From NCBI RefSeq assembly GCF_964204865.1, contig NC_135257.1, forward strand, positions 16,182,001 through 16,246,000: a DNA stretch of 64,000 nt. The letters run 5' to 3'. The notes under the pieces were generated by a model. It did not search any database, was not told the DNA's origin, and worked only from the letters and a program-made list of their open reading frames with translations. The DNA comes from Styela clava (Eukaryota). Positions 54,674-64,000 of the stretch are shown in pieces (the stretch's first letter is position 1; each line of letters begins with the position of its first letter). The position numbers and the translations under genes were made by a program.

Positions 54674-57530
54674 ACTACTTTATTAGTCTTTTACCATCAT
54701 TTTCTAAGATTCTTGAAAAAATAATGTATAGTAGAATGTCAAACTACTTTGAAACTAACAATGTTTTCCACTCGCATCAATTTGGTTTCCGCAAGCATCA
54801 CTCCACTGCTATGGCTGCTAATGTTTTGGTACACAAACTGACCAATGCGTTTGAATGCAAACAACATGCAATTGGAATATTTCTTGATATCTCAAAAGCT
54901 TTTGACACCATTGACCATTCCATCCTCTTAAGTAAGCTCTATCACTATGGAATTAGAGGCGTTCCATTCAATTGGATCAAGAGCTACCTTCAAGACAGGA
55001 AGCAAATTGTGCAATATGACAACTCATTCTCTACAAATATTTGTGTCATGAAGCACGGAGTTCCACAAGGATCTTTACTTGGCCCATTATTTTTTCTAGC
55101 TTACATTAATGACATGTCCAGGTGTCTGAAATCCTCTGAGTCGATCATGTTTGCTGATGACACTAACTTGATTCTTCATGGGGAAAACCTTGAAGATCTA
55201 TTCACAGTTGCAAACCAAGAACTAACCAACATTCATAGATGGATGTTAGTTAATAAATTATCTCTGAATGCTAACAAAACTAAATTTGTATTATTCCATC
55301 CAAGCAAGCATAAAAGTGTGAGTTGTTCAAAAAAACTACTGCTCAATGGCAATGAAATTGAAAGAGTGAAAGAAATAAAATTTCTAGGAGTTATCTTTGA
55401 TGAAAATCTGTCATGGAAATCACAAATAATGCATGTTATTGGTAAAACAAAAAGAAACCTAGCAGTTTCTGCCAAAGTATCCCAGTGTGTTGACCAATCA
55501 GCTCTACTAGCAATGTTTCAATCATTACTACTTAGCCATATTCGATATTGTTGTTCAGTCTGGCTTCATGGTAATAAAACACTTGTCTCAAAACTGCAGA
55601 GTATTTGTAATAATTTTCTAAGAATAGTTTTTGGTAAAAGAAAACGTGAAAGTGTAGACTCTTACTTCAAATCACTAAATATACTTAAGGTTGAAGATAT
55701 GATGAAATTTGAAATACTATCTCTAGCTCACGACTTCCATAATAATGCGCTGCCCAATTGCTTTAATGACATACTTGTCAAAAATACCTCCAACCGAAGA
55801 AGTAGTTCTGATTTATTCGTACCTTTCATGAGTAAATCCGTGAGTCAGCATTCCTTGTCTTTTACTGGTCCCAAACTTTGGAATTCTCTTCCCTTAAATT
55901 TGAAGACGTTAAAGTCCAAAAAATCTTTTCAAAAACAAGTCAAGTCTCATTTAGTTTCCAAATATTAAATATTAAAAATTACTACTGGTGGTATTCGATG
56001 ACAAAAACTTGGGACACTCCACACTTGCACATTATTGTTTTAATGAAAATGTTGAACAGCTATAATAATATTGTGCCACGACTATAATAATATCTTGCCA
56101 CGACTTGGCCAGAACTAGTCCAGCACCAAAGAAATGGTATTGTGACATGCATGAGTATATATATATTTTTTTAAATATATAGGTAGCTAACGTACTCGGA
56201 TGATATTTTCTTTAAATAACTGCACACATTCTATCACTTCACGCTCGTGTTTTTATCTTTTTCTAGCTGTGATGTCCCTATCATACACGCTTGGTCTTAT
56301 GTTTGAGTGGTGGTATAAGGGTTGTAGATAGTACAATATTGTTCCTGCAAGGTTACTAATTATTGCAACTAGGCGAGCAGTAGAGCTATGTTGGATTCTC
56401 CCCTTCAGATTTTAATTTGCTGTGGGTCATTGTAATTGGATGTGGTTTTTATATCATTTATGTATGCATGCGTTTTATGTTAAGGCATGGTGTTTGAGTT
56501 GACTTGTTGGCCAAGGTATAGATAGTAAAATTTTGTGTGTTTTTTGCATGGTGTGATAAATTTTTTTCTGTCCCAAGCAGAATGTCATCATAGATCATCT
56601 ATCCATCGCTATATAATGACAATACATCCCATTTAATTAAACAATTATTTTTTGCCTGTAATAAATAGTTCAGAGCGTTCCCCTTCACCCAATCATTGAA
56701 ACATCTACTCGCAGTTTTATTTTTTGTTTTTCAGGTTACTTCAATGTGATTAAATGAAGTAAAACACATAAGGAAAAAAACAAAAAAAGACTCCCGATAT
56801 CCTGTGAAATAACAACCTCATTCCCATATCCTTGTCTGAAATCAATACCCAAGAATGAAAAACCTCACTTAGACCCTTTGTAACCAATTTATTTCCACAT
56901 CCTACTTTACTTAATTATAGTAATTTTACTGTTACCGGTAACTTAATTACTTATTACAATCTGGACTATAATTTGGCAATAATAGGCTCTAATTTGGGGA
57001 ATGAAATGGTCTCGCCCACCTCTTCATGCACCCAATTCTGGCAACTTTGGTTGGGCAACTTGGCATTTGACTCCAACTATAATCAGCTTGGCAATATGTT
57101 TTCAATAGAATCTTCCTTTTATATACCTAATTAACGATTAGAAGAGCGATCAATTTGGCAATGGCAACCATTACAAAAATATCAATATGGTGTGGCAGAT
57201 AATTTTCTTTTCTAGTATTTATTTTTTTGTTTACTGTATAGTATACCCTAAATTTATCGCGTTTCATTCTTACTTAAATAACTTCTCAGTGGTTGTGTGT
57301 GGCTGGTGGGTGCATGTGAGCGTGTGTGAAATAACTTGATAATTTTAGGTGAGTAAACACGTACCACTTCCTCTTGGCAAAACCTTTCATCTTATATTTT
57401 GTACGTTATAATCCTTATCTAAGGTTTTGTTTGCTCCCCTGATTTCATAATCAGATTTTATTTATTTGTTTTTATCTGTCAAATGTATTGTTATGCTGAT
57501 TATGGAGTCGAAATAAACTTATACTTATAC
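54674..57530 (+). mobile_element. 5'-truncated non-LTR retrotransposon (CR1/L2-group LINE)
   Basis: RT homology starts abruptly at 54682 (ISLLPSFSKILEKI) and the frame is open to 55968. An inferred ~1.5-kb 3' UTR ends in AATAAA (57512-57517) plus a (CTTATA)n tail. Candidate TSD TTACT at 54669-54673 and 57531-57535. Confidence 0.8.
54682..55968 (+). CDS. LINE ORF2 reverse transcriptase domain and C-terminal region (endonuclease missing through 5' truncation)
   Basis: QFGFR, FLDISKAFDTIDH, GVPQGSLLGPLFF, FADD, KFLGV and GPKLWNSLP motifs, with no stops or frameshifts over ~428 codons. Confidence 0.93.
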   Translation: MSLLPSFSKILEKIMYSRMSNYFETNNVFHSHQFGFRKHHSTAMAANVLVHKLTNAFECKQHAIGIFLDISKAFDTIDHSILLSKLYHYGIRGVPFNWIKSYLQDRKQIVQYDNSFSTNICVMKHGVPQGSLLGPLFFLAYINDMSRCLKSSESIMFADDTNLILHGENLEDLFTVANQELTNIHRWMLVNKLSLNANKTKFVLFHPSKHKSVSCSKKLLLNGNEIERVKEIKFLGVIFDENLSWKSQIMHVIGKTKRNLAVSAKVSQCVDQSALLAMFQSLLLSHIRYCCSVWLHGNKTLVSKLQSICNNFLRIVFGKRKRESVDSYFKSLNILKVEDMMKFEILSLAHDFHNNALPNCFNDILVKNTSNRRSSSDLFVPFMSKSVSQHSLSFTGPKLWNSLPLNLKTLKSKKSFQKQVKSHLVSKY

Positions 57531-57753
57531 TTACTGTATTGTTTGTTTTCGGAAGCATGGACTTGGTGGTGGAGGAAGCCGTAACCGACCAGCGGTTACG
57601 TGAACCACCCAACGACGGCGAGGAGTCCAGCAATCCTCTCGCACATAACCATCCCTGCATGGGATTCGAACCTGCGAACCCACGCAGAGTAGTTAGAGAT
57701 GCGGTGGCGAGCGTATTCCTAACGCTTAGCCCGTTGAGCCACACCGCCGCGCC
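57531..57753 (-). mobile_element. 5' half of the tRNA-derived SINE (Pol III head plus middle domain)
   Basis: On the minus strand: GGCGCGGCGGTG, A box TGGCTCAACGGG (57741-57730) and B box GGTTCGAATCC (57672-57662), followed by a body homologous to 47570-47653. Confidence 0.8.
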
Positions 57754-58447
57754 ATTGGTTCGTTGTGAGTGATAATTAACTATGTTTTGAATATACAAGC
57801 CTCAAGAAAATTCATAATTATCAAGTTGAGAAAGCAACATACAGACATACGGGTCCATACAAACTTTATGAGTGTGCATAGCCGATATCATTAATTCGCG
57901 ATACCGGTACGTACGTACCGTATAAGTTGAAAGTAATATTTACGTTAGACTTTAGAGGCTTCAAATGTTTGAAAATTTATGCGTTAATAAAAAATTCGTG
58001 TATTTTATCCAAGTTATGTTCAAATTTCAGACGGTACCAGTACGGCTGACAGACTAGTCGAGTTGTCGGTGTACCGTAGTCGAGTTGTCCGCCTCCCCGG
58101 TAGACTACGGTACCTAGAAGACGTGATGGGTAAATTTTGTCGTGAAAAGCGCGTTTTATAACATTCCTAGCATAACAGTCAGTCAGTATAAAGTTATAAA
58201 ATATTAGTCTCCCCAAGGACCATTTGATCATTATTTTGCTGCACAGGAAGTGGACTCGTGCATCGTTTTGACTCGCACAGTTTGTGGAAGTTTTCATTAT
58301 TTTACATTCAAAAGTTATTGCCTGATTTTAAATTGTGTATGTTATTCAGCTGTTTTCGGTGGATGGGCGCGTACTTTCACCTCTTTTAATATAGTCGCCG
58401 AACTCAAGTGAAATAGTTAACATTTTGCTGCTCTGTGTGTTTCACCT

Positions 58448-58645
58448 TTTCGAACTTATCGATTTGCAAGTCGATTCAGCTGCAAAAAAGAAATTTAATG
58501 CTGCTAAAATTATAAATTTTTATCAAAGTTTGAGTGACGAAAACCTTCCCAACTTACCATCACATGCCAAAAGAATGACCTGCTTGTACGGTTGTTTAGA
58601 TCCACATTCTGACATACATCTGTGAGCAAACATTTTCAGTCATGA
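58448..58645 (+). pseudogene. hAT (Buster/GTF2IRD2-like) transposase C-terminal dimerisation-domain remnant
   Basis: FELIDLQVD..KKKF..INFYQSLSDENLPNLPSHAKRMTCLYG, then after a small insertion or frameshift TYICEQTFSVM. Confidence 0.75.
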
Positions 58646-59213
58646 GTGCGTAATTGCGAATGCGATGTACCAAATTGAAGCAATGTTTTAAATCGCACTC
58701 ATCTACAAAAACACAACTAACTTATGTTGCCATTTCGTTTTTATATATATATATTGCAATGAGGCTGTGCTTTCCAGATAAGCAAGTAACTTTATTAGTT
58801 ACTTTCAGCTATTTCCCCATTGAAAATTCTGCTTTTAATTGCTGGGGTATTCTATCACCTAACTATTATAATTATTAATTTCAATGCATAACAAACTGTG
58901 ATGCTATGTGTATCTAGAATGAATTTTGCAGCCTAATGTTCCCAGGGCGATTGAGCGTGCTTGAATCCCAGCAAGTCTCATTAGCCCTACGCTATTTTTA
59001 GTCAGCTTGAAACTTGATAGAGGCCGACTCAGCAGCTAAACATTCTTCATAACTAGCCTACCGCCTCACCGATATCCACAGGATTTGTCTGTTTTTTTTT
59101 CTATGCGAATTATTTGTTTAATTTCTACATTTACCGTTTACGAATTTCCACTTTAATATTAATGAGGGATATGTTTTATACATTTCACAGCATAGGCTTC
59201 ATGTGAAATCAAT

Positions 59214-59855
59214 ATGTCTGCCATAAATACAGATGATGAAGATATTATGCGTCGAGCTAATGAATTAGTTTATCTTATGCTTATACGTGAGCAGAGTAAA
59301 ACACCTGTGAAGCGACCTGATGTCATGAAGCATGTACTTAAAGAACAAAAAACTGCATTCAACAATGTTATGAAGGCTGCAAATGATAAACTTGTAAAAG
59401 TTTTTGGAATGGAGATAGTTGAAATTGGAGAAGGAACAAAGAAGGCTTACATTTTACGCAACAAACTTGATCAGCTTCTAGTGCCTGGCCAAGACGAAGC
59501 TAAACGCGGTCTTCTCTTCATAATTTTGACTCTGATATTTATGTCAGGGAATGTTATGCAAGATGGTCCATTCTGGCATGCATTGAAGAAGCTGGGGATT
59601 GAACCCACAGTTCGCCATGCTGAATTTGGGGATGTGAAAAAGCTGATAATGAATGAATTTGCAAGACAAATGTATCTTGATGTTACACGCACTCCAGGAA
59701 GTGATCCACCTCAACACAGCTTCAAATGGGGACCAAGAGCATATCAAGAAGTAACGAAGTTGAGATTGCTTGATTTTGTAACCGAACTGTATGAAAAATC
59801 AGATTCCACTGTTTGGAAATCTCAGTACAGGGATGCAACACAACCCAGTGACTGA
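59214..59855 (+). CDS. NSMCE3: MAGE-domain protein, NSE3 (NSMCE3/MAGE-G1)-like subunit of the SMC5/6 complex
   Basis: 213-aa ORF with MAGE homology domain hallmarks: ANELVYLML..KTPVKRPDVMK, LVKVFGMEIVEI, AYILRNKL, GLLFIILTLIFMSGN, HAEFGDVKKLI..EFARQMYL and FKWGPRA. A splice acceptor tttcacAG lies 23 nt upstream of the ATG. Confidence 0.9.
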   Translation: MSAINTDDEDIMRRANELVYLMLIREQSKTPVKRPDVMKHVLKEQKTAFNNVMKAANDKLVKVFGMEIVEIGEGTKKAYILRNKLDQLLVPGQDEAKRGLLFIILTLIFMSGNVMQDGPFWHALKKLGIEPTVRHAEFGDVKKLIMNEFARQMYLDVTRTPGSDPPQHSFKWGPRAYQEVTKLRLLDFVTELYEKSDSTVWKSQYRDATQPSD

Positions 59856-62354
59856 TTTAATAAAGTACTTGAGATTTTCACATTAAAGTCGATCCTGATA
59901 AAAATGCAGGGAAGGTTATTCAAGAGTGAAATGAAGGAAGCTGAATCTTTACTGAGCACAAATATGTGCAACTGAAACTTTGTTGCCTTATTTTAATTAT
60001 TCTTCAATGAGCACAAGTCAACCTACTTTTTCACAACAGAGATAAACACAATCTCAGAGTGAAATAATACCAATAATGTTTTTGATTTAAACCACCAGCT
60101 ATTAATTTGAGATATTTCACACTCCTGCGCATTATGATTCTCAGAATAAACAGCTATCAAATATATGTAGCTACTTGAACTAGATCAGTGTTTCATATCT
60201 TTTCAGTGCTATAGACCCTTTTTGATGACAAGTTGCCTGGAAGTTGTGAACCCCTATCAAAACAGGTCAATACTGTTATATGCAAGTTGATATTATTTGT
60301 ACTCTACATAAATGAGATACACAGGAACAGACTGTGTCAAATGTTTTGTTGAACTTCATTTTTGAAAAAAAGCCTTTTTATTGATATGGGCGAGATTTTC
60401 TACTGTTTTATTTAGAGGTGCCCCTGATTTGTTGACTTTTGTGGTCTGACTGGAAACAAATGTTAATTAATTTCAATTTGCTATTATGCATGCAATGCTC
60501 GTGGGCACAGATTGTGCACAACTGACTGATCTAGATAAATTAAAATTTATCACACCTTGCATTTGACACTAGAAGGAGCCATCATTAGTCTGGGAGCTTT
60601 ACAATTCCTAAATGCTCCATGTGCCAGCATAGCCCCCCACTCCCCAATTTGTTACAAGCCTGTTGGAATAAAGATATCTTAGGCCGCAATACCAAATTAT
60701 GGTAAGAGCTCACGCTCACCATTGGATGCGAGCAGGTGTAGTTACTCTTGCAAAAGTCACTTTCATTGAGATCCTATGAAATATCGATTTTGTTTTACCG
60801 TAGTTTTGGAATTTACATTCTTCTTTTTGGGTATGCATACTTTTTTTTATTTCATGTGTGTTTGCTGGAGGAACTGCACTAAATCTTGCAATGTCATGTT
60901 TACTTGATTAAGGGTTAAGTTGAGCACAGAGACTCAGAATTGCTTAGCGGATCAGGAAACAGAAACCATAAAGAAATTTACAGATGTTTCAACGAAATGG
61001 CCAGCATCCAAGGATATGAGTCTAGGGGTGGGCAAAATCGAATATTTATTTCGAATCGAAGTCGAATAACGAATATTTTTTATACACAACAGGAGGTCCA
61101 GAACGTCGGTCGATACTCCCTTTGGAAATTAATAAAGACATTGAAAAATCGGCTACAAAGCGTTTTATTTACTGGTTAATTTCGTCATATTTACTGATTA
61201 TTTTCGTAACGTGACCGTTTTTGCGGCGATATATAATCTATATTGCCGCCCTTTCTGTTTTTTGCAAGTATTAATTCTTTCGGGTCGGCGGACATCGAAG
61301 TTTATATTTCGGATTTACCCGTGCATTCACGTTGGCAACAGCTGTTAAAACCATTAAGAATTGATTTCAAAACCCAAATTAATATTATTCCATTTTTTAT
61401 CATTTGTGTTGGCTTTCATATTACTTATCAACGTTTGTAAATTTACGGTAATATCATTATCGATACCGGGACGCAGATATTTATTAAGACAATACCGCAA
61501 TTAACTTTGCTATGCTTTTCTGTGGTGTCTATGCTACTTTACAGATAAACCTCGCAAAGCTGCGATTGCGTCAATCCCGAATGTTATTTAAAATAGTGAC
61601 TAAATAATTCGGCAATAAAGGCATTTCTGCGTGGCCATATGACGTTAATAAACAGCACTTCTTGAATGATAATTTACATATGCAATCTAATGCTGAAAAA
61701 AAATTGCGCTTTTGTGCCTAATAGATGGACAGGCGTCAATTATAACTAACTCTTTCAAATTCTGACGTTTTCTTTCAGCAAACCACGCGATCATTATAGC
61801 TTATATCGTTACAGAGTAATTCACAATTATTATTACGGAATTTGCAAATTCACTTCTACTTCTCTTGACGATTTTGATAATGTCACGCCCTATTTATTAC
61901 TGCAAAAATGCTCAAAATAATAAATATAACGAATGTAATCATTTCCGATGATACAACAATTCGTAAACAGTGCGCGTTGTTACATCGAAATTGCATGCCC
62001 GAGTGAAATGTTTACATTTTCGAAACATTACTTGGTCAAGAACGAAAGGGATCACTAAAGAATTATTTGAAAGTACATTAAAAGAAATATGTCCTGCCAT
62101 TTCTTTTCTGGTCATAGCTTGATCGTGTTATACTATGTATGGTTTCACGCAAAAGTTAATTCAACTTTTAATTTTCGTTAAACAAATTTATGTTTGGTTA
62201 ATGCATGAAACGGCTAATCACGTGCCGCCAATCATAAGGAGTTTAAAATCTGGGATATTTATTTTGAATATCTGATTTGACGTTTCTAAATTTAGGGAAC
62301 GGTGCCGGCACCTTTTTTGCAAAATAGGGAGTTGATATGAACGATTGAAACGCA

Positions 62355-62742
62355 AAGAAAACAAACAAGAGAGCTGTGCTCAAATATATGGACACGTTAA
62401 CCAGAGCGAAGCAGTATTTACCTTTGACGCCACCGGTACCATACAAAAAATTCCGAGTTTCGCGTAGAAATAATTTACAGAATCAAACCGGACAGCCAGT
62501 GTTCCCATGGATAAAATAATACAGCGAAATTGTAGACGAAATATCAGATTTCATGCGAAATTTAGAAATAAATAAAAGTAAAAGCCTTCTGGCAAAAAAA
62601 TCAATCTTTACTCACTGAAAATTTCAGAGCAATTGGTCCAGATTCGAAGAGAAAATTCGATTTTTTAAAAATAATGGAGACAACTAATAACAATAACAAC
62701 GTAATATTAAAACGATCGTTATGTCTACTGAACGTGTCCAAT
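62355..62742 (-). repeat. Inverted dispersed copy of the 51775-52850 repeat unit
   Basis: aagagagctgtgctcaaatatatggacacgt and tctttactcactgaaaatttcagagcaattggtcc...aacgatcgttatgtctact are reverse complements of blocks in the tandem array. Confidence 0.75.
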
Positions 62743-62747
62743 GGTGA

Positions 62748-62915
62748 CCGTACATTTGAACCCATGTGTATATCCGCGGGTTCAATCAATATGCTCGTGC
62801 TAAAACCCATGGGTTAGGTTAGTATGAGTACAAATATCCGTAAAACCAAAAAAAATTCCATAGGTGCAATGGCATGCAAGTGCAATTGTCGTGGGTTCAA
62901 ATGTAATGGAACCGT
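62748..62915. repeat. Small element with inverted acatttgaaccc/gggttcaaatgt arms and a ggttaggttag core
   Basis: 12-bp inverted repeats around a telomere-like motif. Only one copy is seen. Confidence 0.4.
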
Positions 62916-63729
62916 GTCCAATAACACCACAACGCAAAGACGATTTTTCAAATTTGTCTGTTAGCGAGCGTCGTAGGTGAATTCTCGCGCAATTCACGAT
63001 CGGTTCAGAGACGTTCTGTGTCCAAGTGAAGCGGCGCAGATCACGTGGTACCCCATATTCGAATAGTAAAATGCCATTCGAATAATTTAATATTCGATTC
63101 GCTATTCGAATATTTTGCCCAGCCCTAGACATGACAAAATGGAATCACACAGTCACACCACTTTACCCTAAAAAGCCCAACCTTATCTAGTCAGTGATTA
63201 GTTGAAAGTTAAAAAATCCACTTGGGGGGAAAACACGCAAACCGCATTGATTAAAAGTAAAAACATATGATCTTCTCCAATCCCCACACACTTGTGATGT
63301 AAATTACAAAATTTCCCATTCCTGCTACCGTGGTTGATAAGTCTGGTATTTTTTTAACTTGTTGTTGTCATACTGATGCAGACTAACAAAAACATTGGCA
63401 GAATGACGTCAGTATTTCAATGCCAAAAGAGTGGTATGTAATTTTTACTAGTTTCTGCTGTCCGCAAATAAAATGATGAAACTCAATTGGCAACTCACAA
63501 ACAATGGGTGCCAACTTCCTTAGCTGAGCATGATACATTGACATACCTCCCTTTCAAATATAGCCTACTCCTCGATACACATTGGATATCGGTTCCTAAG
63601 GTTTTACATTGCCACAGATAAGTGGTACATAAATATTTTTTTTTAAGAATGTTTGTTCCAAGCAAGGTCATGAGAACTCAGTCAAAAATGAATGAGAGGG
63701 CAACTGACACTACGAACAATGATATGTGA

Positions 63730-63928
63730 TGTGTTCCCCAGTAAATAAGACCTAGTCAATGACGCAAAATTTTTAACCAAATGGGTATCGGTTTTCATAT
63801 TTTGTATATTTAAAAATCTTGTAATTTTGATAAATGAAAATAAAAGAAATCCCCCAAAATGAGCCCTAGTGTTATTTTTCGGAAAAAAATTAAAAAAAAA
63901 GACAGTCTTATTTTCGGAAGAAACACGG
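63730..63928. mobile_element. Degenerate inverted copy of the pogo/Tigger-like MITE
   Basis: aaataagacctagtcaatgacg is the reverse complement of ~25547-25568. The right end is gtcttattttcggaagaaacacgg|TA. Confidence 0.7.
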
Positions 63929-64000
63929 TAGGATCAGAGTACAAACTATTTATCAGCTCAGTATTAATGTGGAATTGCATAGAATTTTTTTGTCTAGTAG

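Larger units (their letters stand above)
61023..63127. mobile_element. ~2.1-kb non-autonomous hAT-like element containing nested repeats
   Basis: TIRs taggggtgggcaaaat / attttgcccagcccta, with arrays of (tt)cgaat subterminal repeats at both ends. No TSD was found. Confidence 0.7.

Noticed and set aside
57655-57753. tRNA gene
   Set aside because: It has A and B boxes, but I could not fold a convincing cloverleaf, there is no oligo-T terminator after the stem, and it runs into a dispersed repeat body, so it is a SINE head.

Overview
AT-rich eukaryotic genomic DNA with GT-AG introns. The most likely source is a tunicate (ascidian), because a spliced glycoside hydrolase family 6 (GH6) exon sits among chordate-type genes. 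The species cannot be determined from the sequence. I reconstructed six genes by hand, checking splice phases: (1) the last exon of a GH6 cellulase-family gene at 18-406 (+), which the ORF track translates in the wrong frame; (2) an orphan single-pass membrane protein at 2607-6117 (-); (3) an LPP/TRIP6/zyxin-family triple-LIM gene at 12964-20918 (-), with a candidate alternative micro first exon; (4) a four-exon Nkx2-2-type homeobox gene at 36308-43638 (+); (5) a probably GPI-anchored V+C2 immunoglobulin protein at 45602-48561 (-), whose second domain is split by a long acidic insert; (6) a MAGE/NSE3 gene with an intronless CDS at 59214-59855 (+). The rest is rich in transposable elements: a young 5'-truncated LINE inserted inside a tRNA-derived SINE, hAT and pogo-type MITEs, two copies of an ~830-bp TIR element (one interrupting a decayed transposase), foldback elements with telomere-like motifs, and tandem repeats. 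There is no rRNA, genuine tRNA or CRISPR array. No database searches were run, so family assignments rest on motifs recognised by eye.
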